A stretch of 64,000 nucleotides of DNA, taken from NCBI RefSeq assembly GCF_039654945.1, contig NW_027361784.1:35526001-35590000 (forward strand), written 5' to 3'. Within the stretch, counting starts at the first letter, position 1. The number at the start of each line of letters is the position of its first letter. A model generated the notes under the pieces. The model was not told the origin of the DNA. It worked only from the letters and a program-made list of their open reading frames with translations, and did no database searches. Position numbers and translations under genes: made by a program. Shown here piece after piece: positions 10,664-21,208 of the stretch. This stretch comes from Dendrobates tinctorius (Eukaryota).

Positions 10664-11515
10664 TTAACAGTTTTCCGCCGGTGTGACCCTCTTAGGTAGT
10701 ACCGGGCAAACGTTAACATAATGACCACCTTTACCACAGTAGAAACATGCTCCGGACTTCCGGACTCCCGGAGCGCGAGGCCGAACCTGTGCCACGCCAG
10801 CAATCTGCATAGGTTCAGGGGACTCATCTACTTCAACCACACCTGCACCTCTGTTTTCCCCCAGAGGTAGCGTCTCCTGTGCCCCCTGACGAAAACGGCG
10901 ATCAATACGTATCACCAAACTCATGGCAGACTCCAATGATGCCGGAGTCTCATACATCAGGAGGGCTTGTTTCACCCTCCCTGATACCCCATGAATAAAC
11001 TGGCTCCGCAGTGCTGGGTCATTCCACTGTGTGTCTACAGCCCAGCGGCGAAATTCCGAACAATAGTCTTCTGCCAAGCGCTCCCCCTGGCGGAGGGCGC
11101 GGATTTTAGATTCCGCTAGAGCCAGTCGGTCAGGGTCATCGTAAATGAGCCCGAGGGCAGAAAAAACATTATCGACCGAATGAAATGTAGCAGAGTCAGG
11201 TGGTAAGGAAAATGCCCATGCTTGGGGGTCACCACTCAGTAATGACAACACCAGCCCTACTCGCTGGGCCTCATTACCTGAGGATATTGGCCGCATGCGG
11301 AAGTATAATTTGCAGGCCTCCCGAAATACGACAAATTTGCTGCGATCGCCTGAAAATCGTTCTGGCAGCGGAAACTTCGGCTCTGCACCGATACCTGCAG
11401 ATGCCGTTTGCACCTTTGCTACTACCAGGCCATGCTGCTGAACTGCCCCATTCAACTCGGAGACCTGTATGGACAGCGCCGCCAACTGGCGGGTTATGGA
11501 ATCTAATGGATCCAT
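10664..11515 (-). CDS. Gag of element B
   Basis: 283 aa. PERFSGDRSKF, LRQGERLAEDYCSEFR, PEPMQI, CCHC knuckle CFYCGKGGHYVNVC. Ends GCG GAA AAC TGT TAA. Confidence 0.96.
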   Translation of the reverse strand: MDPLDSITRQLAALSIQVSELNGAVQQHGLVVAKVQTASAGIGAEPKFPLPERFSGDRSKFVVFREACKLYFRMRPISSGNEAQRVGLVLSLLSGDPQAWAFSLPPDSATFHSVDNVFSALGLIYDDPDRLALAESKIRALRQGERLAEDYCSEFRRWAVDTQWNDPALRSQFIHGVSGRVKQALLMYETPASLESAMSLVIRIDRRFRQGAQETLPLGENRGAGVVEVDESPEPMQIAGVAQVRPRAPGVRKSGACFYCGKGGHYVNVCPVLPKRVTPAENC

Positions 11516-12149
11516 GGACTCCTGAAAAATGTGGGCCGATTATAATGTCACGGGGGCTAAGTTCAACTAAGGCTGAAAGACCCGGGGCCCCTGTGGTGTC
11601 CCTTTACTAGGGGAAACCCTGTCTGACCCTCAACCCAGGGTTTTTGCTGAAGGTGCAAATGCCTGAGCCTCCGACCTTTCCTTATCTCCTGCTCAGCCCT
11701 GCACTTAACCCTCCACCCTCCACCCAGTGAGAAGTCACCACCAAAGCTCCCACACAAATAATGACAGACAGGGAGAACTTAAACTGCACTGCGCCGCACA
11801 CACACAGGAATAAACAGTAATGTGAACAGGGCACAACTAAACACAAATATGGGAAGGAGAAAGGATAACGACGGATCATACGACACCAGATATGAATCTC
11901 TCTCTCTTGAACACCTCCACTCCAGACCGGAACCACTTGGTATGAAACACAAGCTATAATCGGCGACGCCCATAGGCCAGCATGACTATTTAAAGACCGT
12001 GGGCGTGACTAACCATCCAACCTGGTCTCCAGCAGGATTAACCCCCGAGAGCCTGAAGATCAGGCCGGCGCCACTGAGGCTATAGTGGCTGGAGGTGGAA
12101 CTACCTCTGCCTGCCGGATGCTGTGGTGTGAACAGCGTCCGACATGACA

Positions 12150-12789
12150 CATATATACTACATGCATGCAACATGCATACTACATATATACTACATGCAA
12201 CATACATACTACATATATACTACATGCAACATACATACTACATATATACTACATGCATGCAACATGCATACTACATATATACTACATGCTACATACATAC
12301 TACATATATACTACATACATACTGCATGCTACATACATACTACATGCTACATACATACCACATACATACTACATACATACTACATGCTACATATATACTA
12401 CATATATACTACATGCTACATACATACTACATATATGCTACATACATACTACATACATACTACATGCTACATACATACTACATATATACTACATACATAC
12501 TACATACATACTACATGCATGCTACATACATACTACATGCTACATACATACCACATACATACTACATACATACTACATGCTACATATATACTACATATAT
12601 ACTACATGCTACATACATACTACATATATGCTACATACATACTACATACATACTACATGCTACATACATACTACATATATACTACATACATACTACATAC
12701 ATACTACATGCATGCTACATACATACATGCTACATACATACCACATACATACTACATACATACTACATGCTACATATATACTACATATA
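12150..12789 (+). repeat. Compound (TACA/TAC/CATG)n microsatellite, left arm (continues at 6617-6743 and 14011-14150)
   Basis: Low-complexity TACATAC/TACATGC repeats. Confidence 0.95.
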
Positions 12790-14010
12790 CACTCACTGGC
12801 CACTTTATTAGGTACACCATGCTAGTAAGGGGTTGGACCCCCTTTTGCCTTCAGAACTGCCTCAATTCTTCGTGGCAGAGATTCAACAAGGTGCTGGAAG
12901 CATTCCTCAGAGATTTTGGACCATATTGACATGATGGCATCACACAGTTGGCGCAGATTTGTCGGCTGCACATCCCTGATGCGAATCTCCCGTTCCACCA
13001 CATCCCAAAGATGCTCTATTGGATTGAGATCTGGTGACTGAGGAGGCCATTTGAGTACAGTAAACTCATTGTCATGTTCAAGAAACCAATCTGAGATGAT
13101 TCGAGCTTTATGACATGGCGCATTATCCTGCTGAAAGTAGCCATCAGATGTTGGGTACATTGTGGTCATAAAGGGATGGACATGGTCAGCAACAATACTC
13201 AGGTAGGCTGTGGCGTTGCAACGATGCTCAATTGGTACCAAGGGGCCCAAAGAGTGCCCAGAAAAAATTCCCCACACCATGACACCACCACCACCAGCCT
13301 GAACCGTTGATACAAGGCAGGATGGATCCATGCTTTCATGTTGTTTACGCCAAATTCTGACCCTACCATCCGAATGTCGCAGCAGAAATCGAGACTCATC
13401 AGACCAGGCAACGTTTTTCCAATCTTCTACTGTCCAATTTCGATGAGCTTGTGCAAATTGTAGCCTCAGTTTCCTGTTCTTAGCTGAGAGGAGTGGTACC
13501 CAGTGTGGTCTTCTGCTGCTGTAGCCCATCTGCCTCAAAGTTCGACGCACTGTGCGTTCAGAGATGCTCTTCTGCCTACCTTGGTTGTAACGGGTGGCAA
13601 TTTGAGTCACTGTTGCCTTTCTATCAGCTCGAACCAGTCTGCCCATTCTCCTCTGACCTCTGGCATCAACATGGCATTTCCGGCCACAGAACTGCCGCTC
13701 ACTGGATTTTTTTTCTTTTTCGGACCATTCTCTGTAAACCCTAGAGATGGTTGTGCATGAAAATCCCAGTAGATCAGCAGTTTCTGAAATTCTCAGACCA
13801 GCCCTTCTGGCACCAACAATCATGCCACGTTCAAAGGCACTCAAATCACCTTTCTTCCCCATACTGATGCTCGGTTTGAACTGCAGGAGATTGTCTTGAC
13901 CATGTCTACATGCCTAAATGCACTGAGTTGCCGCCATGTGATTGGCTGATTAGAAATTAAGTCTTAACACACAGTTGGACAGGTGTACCTAATAAAGTGG
14001 CCAGTGAGTG
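12790..14010 (-). mobile_element. Intact Tc1/mariner DD36E (Incomer-like) transposon, 1221 bp
   Basis: TA TSD at 12788-12789 and 14011-14012. 29-bp TIR CACTCACTGGCCACTTTATTAGGTACACC matches perfectly at both ends. Confidence 0.97.
12822..13862 (-). CDS. DD36E transposase, 346 aa
   Basis: Paired-like HTH N-terminus and WSDESRF / FQQDNAP / [12 protein letters not shown] count 36 residues between the second D and the E. Confidence 0.96.
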   Translation of the reverse strand: MGKKGDLSAFERGMIVGARRAGLRISETADLLGFSCTTISRVYREWSEKEKKSSERQFCGRKCHVDARGQRRMGRLVRADRKATVTQIATRYNQGRQKSISERTVRRTLRQMGYSSRRPHWVPLLSAKNRKLRLQFAQAHRNWTVEDWKNVAWSDESRFLLRHSDGRVRIWRKQHESMDPSCLVSTVQAGGGGVMVWGIFSGHSLGPLVPIEHRCNATAYLSIVADHVHPFMTTMYPTSDGYFQQDNAPCHKARIISDWFLEHDNEFTVLKWPPQSPDLNPIEHLWDVVEREIRIRDVQPTNLRQLCDAIMSIWSKISEECFQHLVESLPRRIEAVLKAKGGPTPY

Positions 14011-14112
14011 TATACTACATGCATGCTACATACATACTGCATGCTACATGCATGCTACATACATACTACATACATACTACATGCTACATACATACCACAT
14101 ATATACTACATA

Positions 14113-14790
14113 CATACTTCATACAATACATACATAGACATACAGTACATATAACATAGAGTAACATACTTACCAATACTTGTCACATTGTTCCCCGAAG
14201 CCATTGTCTTTTACGGAATAAATATTAACATAACAAACCACAAAAATACTCACCCACGATCCGAAGCAGTCCACGAGTGTGTCCCACGACGATCTTGGGT
14301 AGAGAACTGCAGCATCAGCTGTTGCTGCCGTTCTCTACGGGCTGCAGGAATCCAATGGCGGAAGGTAGGTATCCTTCCGCACTGTATTCCTCCGCCACTT
14401 AAAAAAAAAAAAGTCCCTAGTCTCACTTTATGCCATTGCTGTGTGGGAATTTCCCACGCAGCAATGGCATAAAGTGAGACTAGGGACTTTTTTTTTTTAA
14501 GTGGCGGAGGAATACAGTGCGGAAGGATACCTACCTTCCGTCATTGGATTCCTGCAGCCCGTAGAGAACGGCAGCAACAGCTGATGCTGCAGTTCTCTAC
14601 CCAAGATCGTCGTGGGACACACTCATGGACTGCTTCGGATCGTGGGTGAGTATTTTTGTGGTTTGTTATGTTAATATTTATTCCGTAAAAGACAATGGCT
14701 TCGGGGAACAATGTGACAAGTATTGGTAAGTATGTTACTCTATGTTATATGTACTGTATGTCTATGTATGTATTGTATGAAGTATGTATG
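14113..14790. repeat. Near-perfect, spacerless inverted repeat (centre of the hAT foldback)
   Basis: ...GCCATTGCTGTGTGGGAA T TTCCCACGCAGCAATGGC... centred at ~14450, with only a few mismatches over ~335 bp per arm. Confidence 0.95.
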
Positions 14791-15440
14791 TAGTATATAT
14801 GTGGTATGTATGTAGCATGTAGTATGTATGTAGTATGTATGTAGCATGCATGTAGCATGCAGTATGTATGTAGCATGCATGTAGTATATATGTAGTATGT
14901 ATGTAGCATGTAGTATGTATGTAGTATGTATGTGGTATGTATGTAGCATGTAGTATGTATGTAGCATGCATGTAGTATGTATGTAGTATGTATGTAGTAT
15001 ATATGTAGTATGTATGTAGCATGTAGTATGTATGTAGCATGCATGTAGTATATATGTAGTATGTATGTAGCATGTAGTATGTATGTAGCATGCATGTAGT
15101 ATATATGTAGTATGTATGTAGCATGTAGTATGTATGTAGCATGCATGTAGTATGTATGTAGTATGTATGTAGTATGTATGTGGTATGTATGTAGCATGTA
15201 GTATGTATGTAGCATGCATGTAGTATATATGTAGTATGTATGTATGTAGTATGTATGTAGTATATATGTAGCATGTAGTATGTATGTAGCATGCATGTAG
15301 TATATATGTAGTATGTATGTAGTATGTATGTAGTATGTATGTGGTATGTATGTAGTATGTATGTAGTATGTATGTGGTATGTATGTAGTATGTATGTAGC
15401 ATGTAGTATGTATGTAGCATGCATGTAGTATGTATGTAGT
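14790..15440 (-). repeat. Compound (TGTA/GTA/CATG)n microsatellite, right arm
   Basis: Reverse complement of the left-arm microsatellite. Confidence 0.95.
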
Positions 15441-15998
15441 ATTTTTTTTTTTTTTTTTTTTAACATTTAACACATTAGCCGGATGATGGGACTACTACTG
15501 TCCCATCATTGGCTAATGTGTCAATCACTGTCATGGTAGCAGGCATCGCCAGATGGGACTTGTAGTCCCATCGGACGATGCTTGCACAGACCCCCGGACA
15601 TCAGCACAGCCCCCCGGCAGGCCGGTACAGACCCCCACAGGGTGCACAGACCACCGGCAGGCCGGCACAGCCCCCCGGCAGGCCGGTACAGACCCCCACA
15701 GGGTGCACAGACCACCGGCAGGCCGGCACAGCCCCCCGGCAGGCCGGTACAGACCCCGGGCAGTCCACACAGCCCCCCGGCAGGCCGGCAGAGACCCCCG
15801 GAAGGCCCGAAATGACGGCGCATCATGATGCGCACACACCGCGCATCATGATGACGTCATGCTGTCAATCAACTTTGAACTTCCGATTCCGATGCCGACT
15901 TCCGATATTGAAAAAATATCGGAAGTCGGTATCGGAATTCCGATACAGCAAGTATCGGCCGATACCCGATACTTGCGGTATCGGAATGCTCAACACTA

Positions 15999-18021
15999 GT
16001 CTTCAGCGCTTCTTGGGGTTCGCCAATTATTACCGCAAATTTATCCGGGGGTTTTCGCAAGTGGTCAAACCTCTCACGGATCTAACATGCAAAGGTGCGG
16101 ATGTGAGAAATTGGTCCTCGCTCGCAAAAGAGGCCTTTGCGACGCTGAAAAAATGTTTTATGTGTGCTCCTGTGTTAGTGCAGCCAGATCCGTCCAAACC
16201 ATTCGTCGTGGAAGTGGACGCCTCTGAGGTGGGGGTGGGGGCGGTGTTGTCCCAAGGGCCTGCCACTCTAACCAACCTCAGGCCATGTGCTTTCTTTTCC
16301 AAGAAGTTCTCTACTGCGGAAAGAAATTACGACGTAGGCAATAGAGAGCTTCTTGCAGTCAAATTGGCATTTGAAGAATGGAGGTACTTTTTGGAGGGGG
16401 CCAGTCACACGGTTACGGTGATCACGGATCACAAAAATATGTCGTACATTGAGTCTGCTAAAAGACTAATGCCCAGACAAGCCCGTTGGTCACTTTTTTT
16501 TCCCGTTTTCAGTTTACGATTACATTTCGTCCAGGGTCTAAGAATGTCAAGGCTGACGCCTTATCACGCAGTTTTCAGCCGGTGTCGCCCCCTGAGCCAC
16601 CGTCCTCCATTCTTCACCCTGGGGTTGTGATAGCAGAGGTCTCATCTGAATTGGAACGGGAGATTCAGGGGGCCCAGTCGCAGGCCTCGGCGGCCAAGCC
16701 GGAGGGGAAGTTGTTTGTCCCAGAGCAACTTCGCCTGAAACTCTTGCAGGAGTTCCATGAATCCAAGCTGAGTGCTCACCCTGGTCCCTGGTATTTCAGC
16801 CACATGTCTGGCGGTGGCTAGGATCTTTTGCCTACCCTTGGTTTGGACATAAAAAAATTCATTGCTGGTTGTGGGGTCTGCGCTCGTTCTAAAAGCTCTC
16901 ATAGCCGGCCGGCAGGGGAGCTGATACCCTTGGCAGTGCCCGAAAGGCCAAGGACTCACTTATCCATGGATTTTGTTACCAATCTCCCTCCATCTAAGGG
17001 TAATACAGTGGTATGGGTAGTGGTGGACAGGTTTTCTAAGCAGGCTCATTTCGTACCCCTGTCCGCACTACCGTCAGCTGAGACGTTGTCCAGGTTGTTT
17101 GTGCAGCATGTGATCCGGTTGCATGCGGTACCCCTGAATGTGGTGTCTGATCGTTGTGTGCAGTTTGTGGCTAAGTTTTGGCGTGCTTTCTGCAAAAAAT
17201 TAGGTATGTCTCTGTCCTTTTCGTCTGCATACCATCCTGAGAGCAATGGGCAGACAGAGCGCACTAACCAGTCCCTGGAACAGATCCTCAGGTGTCTAAC
17301 CTCTGCTAGACAGAGTGACTGGTGCGATGTACTGCCGTTGGCTGAATTTGCCTTCAATAGTTGGGTGAGTCAATCCACTGGTAGGTCCCCTTTCTTGATT
17401 AACTATGGATTTAGTCCTCATTTTGGTGAATTTTCTCGTCTGGATTCGGGGTGCCCCGAGGCTGAGGACTCTGTTCAGCGGTTAAAAGATACATGGGCAG
17501 AAGTCCAGCGGCGTATATCCAGGTCTCAAGGCAGGTATAAGTTTTTCGCGGACAGGAAACGAACACCTGGTCCCACGTTTCAGGTTGGAGAGAAAGTTTG
17601 GCTCTCCACGCGAAACATTAAGTTAAAGATTCCGTCAGCCAAGTTAGGACCCAAATTCATTGGCCCGTACAAGATTGTGGAAAAAATCAATCCAGTGGCG
17701 TATAGGCTGTGCCTTCCACCCTCTTTCAAGATCCCTAACGTCTTCCACAAATCTCTACTGAAACCTTTTGAAGCAGTCCGGGGAGACTCTGAGTCTGCTG
17801 CTTCTCCTGTTTTGGTCGAGGGGCAGGTGGAGTATGAGGTTGGTCATATCGTAGATTCCAGGTTGGTACGGCAGTCGGTACAGTACCTGGTTCATTGGAA
17901 GGGGTATGGACCGGAGGACAGGTCCTGGGTACCAGCCCGGTTGATGCATGCTGATTGCCCGGTACGGGCTTTCCATGCTAAGTACCCGGGCAAGCCTGGG
18001 GGTCCAGAGGCCCCCCGTTGA
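15999..18021 (+). pseudogene. pol of element A, 3' part (RNase H, integrase, chromodomain), frameshifted
   Basis: Resumes [15 protein letters not shown] right after the TSD. Frameshifts near 16500 and ~16790. Motifs SMDFV, SDR, TERTN, GPY and chromodomain YEVGHIVDSR...YLVHWKGYG. Confidence 0.95.
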
Positions 18022-18030
18022 GAGGGGTAC

Positions 18031-18806
18031 TGTCATGATCTCAGTGCGGGTTTGACTCGCACACGTGGGGTTAATGTCTGGAACCAGTGCTGATGACTGG
18101 CATTGCTGGGGTTAAAGGTTGTGATCCCGATGCAGGCTTACCTGCACACCTGGGGCTATGATTGTGGCCTCTCCCTGGTTCTGGGGGAGGCTTCTTATAG
18201 CCTCAGGACGCTCCCATCCCCCGTCAGTTATACTTTCGCCCTTGGCATTGTGTGGTGACCCCTGAGTGTGTTTGTGCTGTGTTCTGGTTACTTGATTCTC
18301 TGTGTATGACTCTGTCTGTTCTCTGGATATCGCTTTGGATTCTGCCTGGTACCTTATATGTCTGTTTGGTTTTGATCTCTGCTTGGCCCTGATTATCCGC
18401 TCTGTCTCATCCCTGGTACTGTACTGTGATCGTGTATGACCTTTGGCTTTGTCTGACCTCCCGTCTGTTTATCCCTCCTGTGCCTCGTTTTGCCCGTGCT
18501 GTTGTGACCTCCGTTTTGCCTGACTCTGAGTTGTTGTATGGTGTCCTGTCATATCTGAAAGCAGGACGCTAAGCCACGCCCCCTTGCAGTCACATGACCA
18601 TAGGTCCTGTGCAAGCTTGTTCATTTTCAGAGTCCGCAGGTCCCGCGCCTCTTTACTTTCCAGCACTGACTGGACCCTGACACTAATAGTTGAAGCACGC
18701 CTGGTCACCTCTGCTGCCCTACTCCCCAGGTAACTCTTAGCATTGCTTCTGTACTCAGGACACGCGCACTGGCTCTATAAGCAAGTGTAGTGCGGTGTCC
18801 CTGACA
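18031..18806 (+). repeat. 3' LTR of element A
   Basis: Direct repeat of 2995-3770. Confidence 0.97.
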
Positions 18807-18975
18807 ATAGGGTGCGCAGACTGTGTACTGACTGTGCGCTAGTAGGATTTTTGCGTGCACTGTGCACTTCTGAAGGTGCGCCGAACGCAGCATGTTGCAT
18901 TTTGGTGCGCTCGGCACACCTTCAAAAGTGCGCAGCGCACGCAAAAATCCTAATAGCGCACCGTCTGCGCACCCT

Positions 18976-21208
18976 ATCAGGCGCAGTAATAGGGACACAT
19001 ACGGCAGTAGCGGCTCAGTATTGGGGTATCAGGTGTAGTAATAGGGGCACATATAGCTGCAGCGGCTCAGTATTGGGGTATCAGGTGCAGTAATAGGGAC
19101 ACATACGGCAGCAGCGGCTCAGTATTGGGGTATCAGGTGTAGTAATAGGGACACATACAGCTGCAGCGGCTCAGTATTGGGGTATCAGGTGTAGTAATAG
19201 GGACACATGCAGCTGCAGCGGCTCAGTATTGGGGTATCAGGTGCAGTAATAGGGACACATACGGCAGCAGTGGCTCAGTATTGAGGTGTCAGGTGTAGTA
19301 ATAGGGACACATGGCAGCAGCTCAGTATTGGGGTATCAGGTGCAGTAATAGGGACACATACGGCAGCAGCGGCTCAGTATTTGGGTATCAGGTTCAGTAA
19401 TAGGGACACATACGGCAGCAGAGGCTCAGTATTGGGGTATCAGGTGCAGTAATAGGGACACATATGGCAGCAGAGGCTCAGTATTGGGGTATCAGGTGCA
19501 GTAATAGGGACACATACGGCAGCAGCAGCTCAGTATTGGGGTATCAGGTGCAGTAATAGGGACACATACGGCAGCAGCGGCTCAGTATTGGGGTATCAGG
19601 TGCAGTAATAAGGACACATACGGCAGCAGCAGCTCAGTATTGGGGTATCAGGTGCAGTAATAGGGACACATACAGCAGCAGCAGCTCAGTTTTGGGGTAT
19701 CAGGTGCAGTAATAGGGACACATACGGCAGCAGCGGCTCAGTATTGGGGTATCAGGTGCAGTAATAGGGACACATAAGGCAGCAGCGGCTCAGCATTGGG
19801 GTATCAGGTGCAGTAATAGGGACAAATACGGCAGCAGCAGCTCAGTATTGGGGTATCAGGTGCAGTAATAGGGACACATACGGCAGCAGAGGCTCAGTAT
19901 TGGGGTATCAGGTGCAGTAATAGGGACACATACGGCAGCAGAGGCTCAGTATTGGGGTATCAGGTGCAGTAATAGGGACACATATGGCAGCAGAGGCTCA
20001 GTATTGGGGTATCAGGTGCAGTAATAGGGACACATACGGCAGCAGCAGCTCAGTATTGGGGTATCAGGTGCAGTAATAGGGACACATACGGCAGCAGCGG
20101 CTCAGTATTGGGGTATCAGGTGCAGTAATAGGGACACATACGGCATCAGCGTCTCAGTATTGGGGTATCAGGTGCAGTAATAGGGACACATACGGAAGCA
20201 GCAGCTCAGTATTGGGGTATCAGGTGCAGTAATAGGGACACATACAGCAGCAGCAGCTCAGTTTTGGGGTATCAGGTGCAGTAATAGGGACACATACGGC
20301 AGCAGCGGCTCAGTATTGGGGTATCAGGTGCAGTAATAGGGACACATAAGGCAGCAGCAGCTCAGCATTGGGGTATCAGGTGCAGTAATAGGGACAAATA
20401 CGGCAGCAGCAGCTCAGTATTGGGGTATCAGGTGCAGTAATAGGGACACATACAACAGCAGCAGCTCAGTATTGGGGTATCAGGTGCAGTAATAGTGACA
20501 CATACAGCAGCAGCAGCTCAGTATTGGGGTATCAGGTGCAGTAATAGTGACACATAGGGCAGCAGCGGCTCAGTATTGGGGTATCAGGTGCAGTAATAGG
20601 GACACATACGGCAGCAGCGGCTCAGTATTGGGGTATCAGGTGCAGTAATAGGGACACATACAGCAGCAGCAGCTCAGTATTGGGGTATCAGGTGCAGTAA
20701 TAGGGACACATACGGCAGCAGTGGCTCAGCATTGGGGTATCAGGTGCAGTAATAGGGACACATACGGCAGCAGCTCAGAATTGGGGTATCAGGTGCAGTA
20801 ATAGGGACACATACGGCAGCAGTGGCTCAGCATTGGGGTATCAGGTGCAGTAATAGGGACACATACGGCAGCAGCAGCTCAGAATTGGGGTATCAGGTGC
20901 AGTAATAGGGACACATACAGCAGCAGCAGCTCAGTTTTGGGGTATCAGGTGCAGTAATAGGGACACATATGGCAGCAGTGGCTCAGTATTGGGGTATCAG
21001 GTGCAGTAATAGGGACACATACGGCAGCAGCGGCTCAGTATTGGGGTATCAGGTGCAGTAATAGGGACACATACAGCAGCAGCGGCTCAGTATTGGGGTA
21101 TCAGGTGCAGTAATAGGGACACATACGGCAGCAGCGGCTCAGTATTGGGGTATCAGGTGCAGTAATAGGGACACATACGGCAGCAGCGGCTCAGCATTGG
21201 GGTATCAG
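18976..21208 (+). repeat. 52-bp tandem minisatellite, ~43 copies
   Basis: Unit ATCAGGTGCAGTAATAGGGACACATACGGCAGCAGCGGCTCAGTATTGGGGT, head-to-tail with no unique spacers. Confidence 0.97.

Larger units (their letters stand above)
6744..12149 (-). mobile_element. Intact Ty3/Gypsy chromovirus (sushi-like) LTR retrotransposon B, 5406 bp
   Basis: LTRs 11546-12149 (5') and 6744-7347 (3') are 604 bp and appear identical; the ORF track translations match at offset 4802. Flanks CATAA/CATAT. PPT AGAAGACGGGGTAC. gag and pol are open. Confidence 0.98.
6033..15998. mobile_element. Non-autonomous hAT foldback element (~3.3 kb net) hosting two nested insertions
   Basis: 8-bp TSD GTCTTCAG at 6025-6032 and 15999-16006. 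TIRs TAGAGTTGAGC / TAGTGTTGAGC. Clustered subterminal GTATCGG/CCGATAC motifs at both ends. Mirror-image arms around ~14450. Confidence 0.92.
2995..18806 (+). mobile_element. Ty3/Gypsy chromovirus (sushi-like) LTR retrotransposon A, defective, interrupted at 6033-15998
   Basis: LTRs 2995-3770 and 18031-18806 (776 bp, TG...CA). 5-bp TSD ATAGG at 2990-2994 and 18807-18811. PPT GAGAGGGGTAC before the 3' LTR. Domain order gag-PR-RT-RH-IN-chromodomain. Confidence 0.97.
2856..18978. mobile_element. Harbinger-type palindromic MITE split by LTR element A (host pieces 2856-2994 and 18807-18978)
   Basis: TAA|GGCTAGCTTCACAC terminus resembles other MITEs in the window. 18807-18977 is an imperfect palindrome (ATAGGGTGCGCAGAC...GTCTGCGCACCCTAT). 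The right terminus was not found. Confidence 0.5.

Noticed and set aside
7705-11610. Antisense ORFs over element B (for example 8715-9227) or an env-like gene
   Set aside because: No recognisable motifs, expected as shadows of a GC-rich pol, and there is no space for env between pol and the LTR.
14113-14790. Palindrome as a foldback read or assembly artefact
   Set aside because: The arms differ by point changes, satellite lengths and nested insertions, and the unit is bounded by TIRs and an 8-bp TSD that restores the host ORF. Read-level confirmation is still desirable.
12095-15473. Long His/Tyr/Thr-rich ORFs in all frames
   Set aside because: Translations of the TACA microsatellite.
18976-21208. 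CRISPR-like regular array
   Set aside because: Units are contiguous with no unique spacers, there are no cas genes, and the context is vertebrate. It is a minisatellite.
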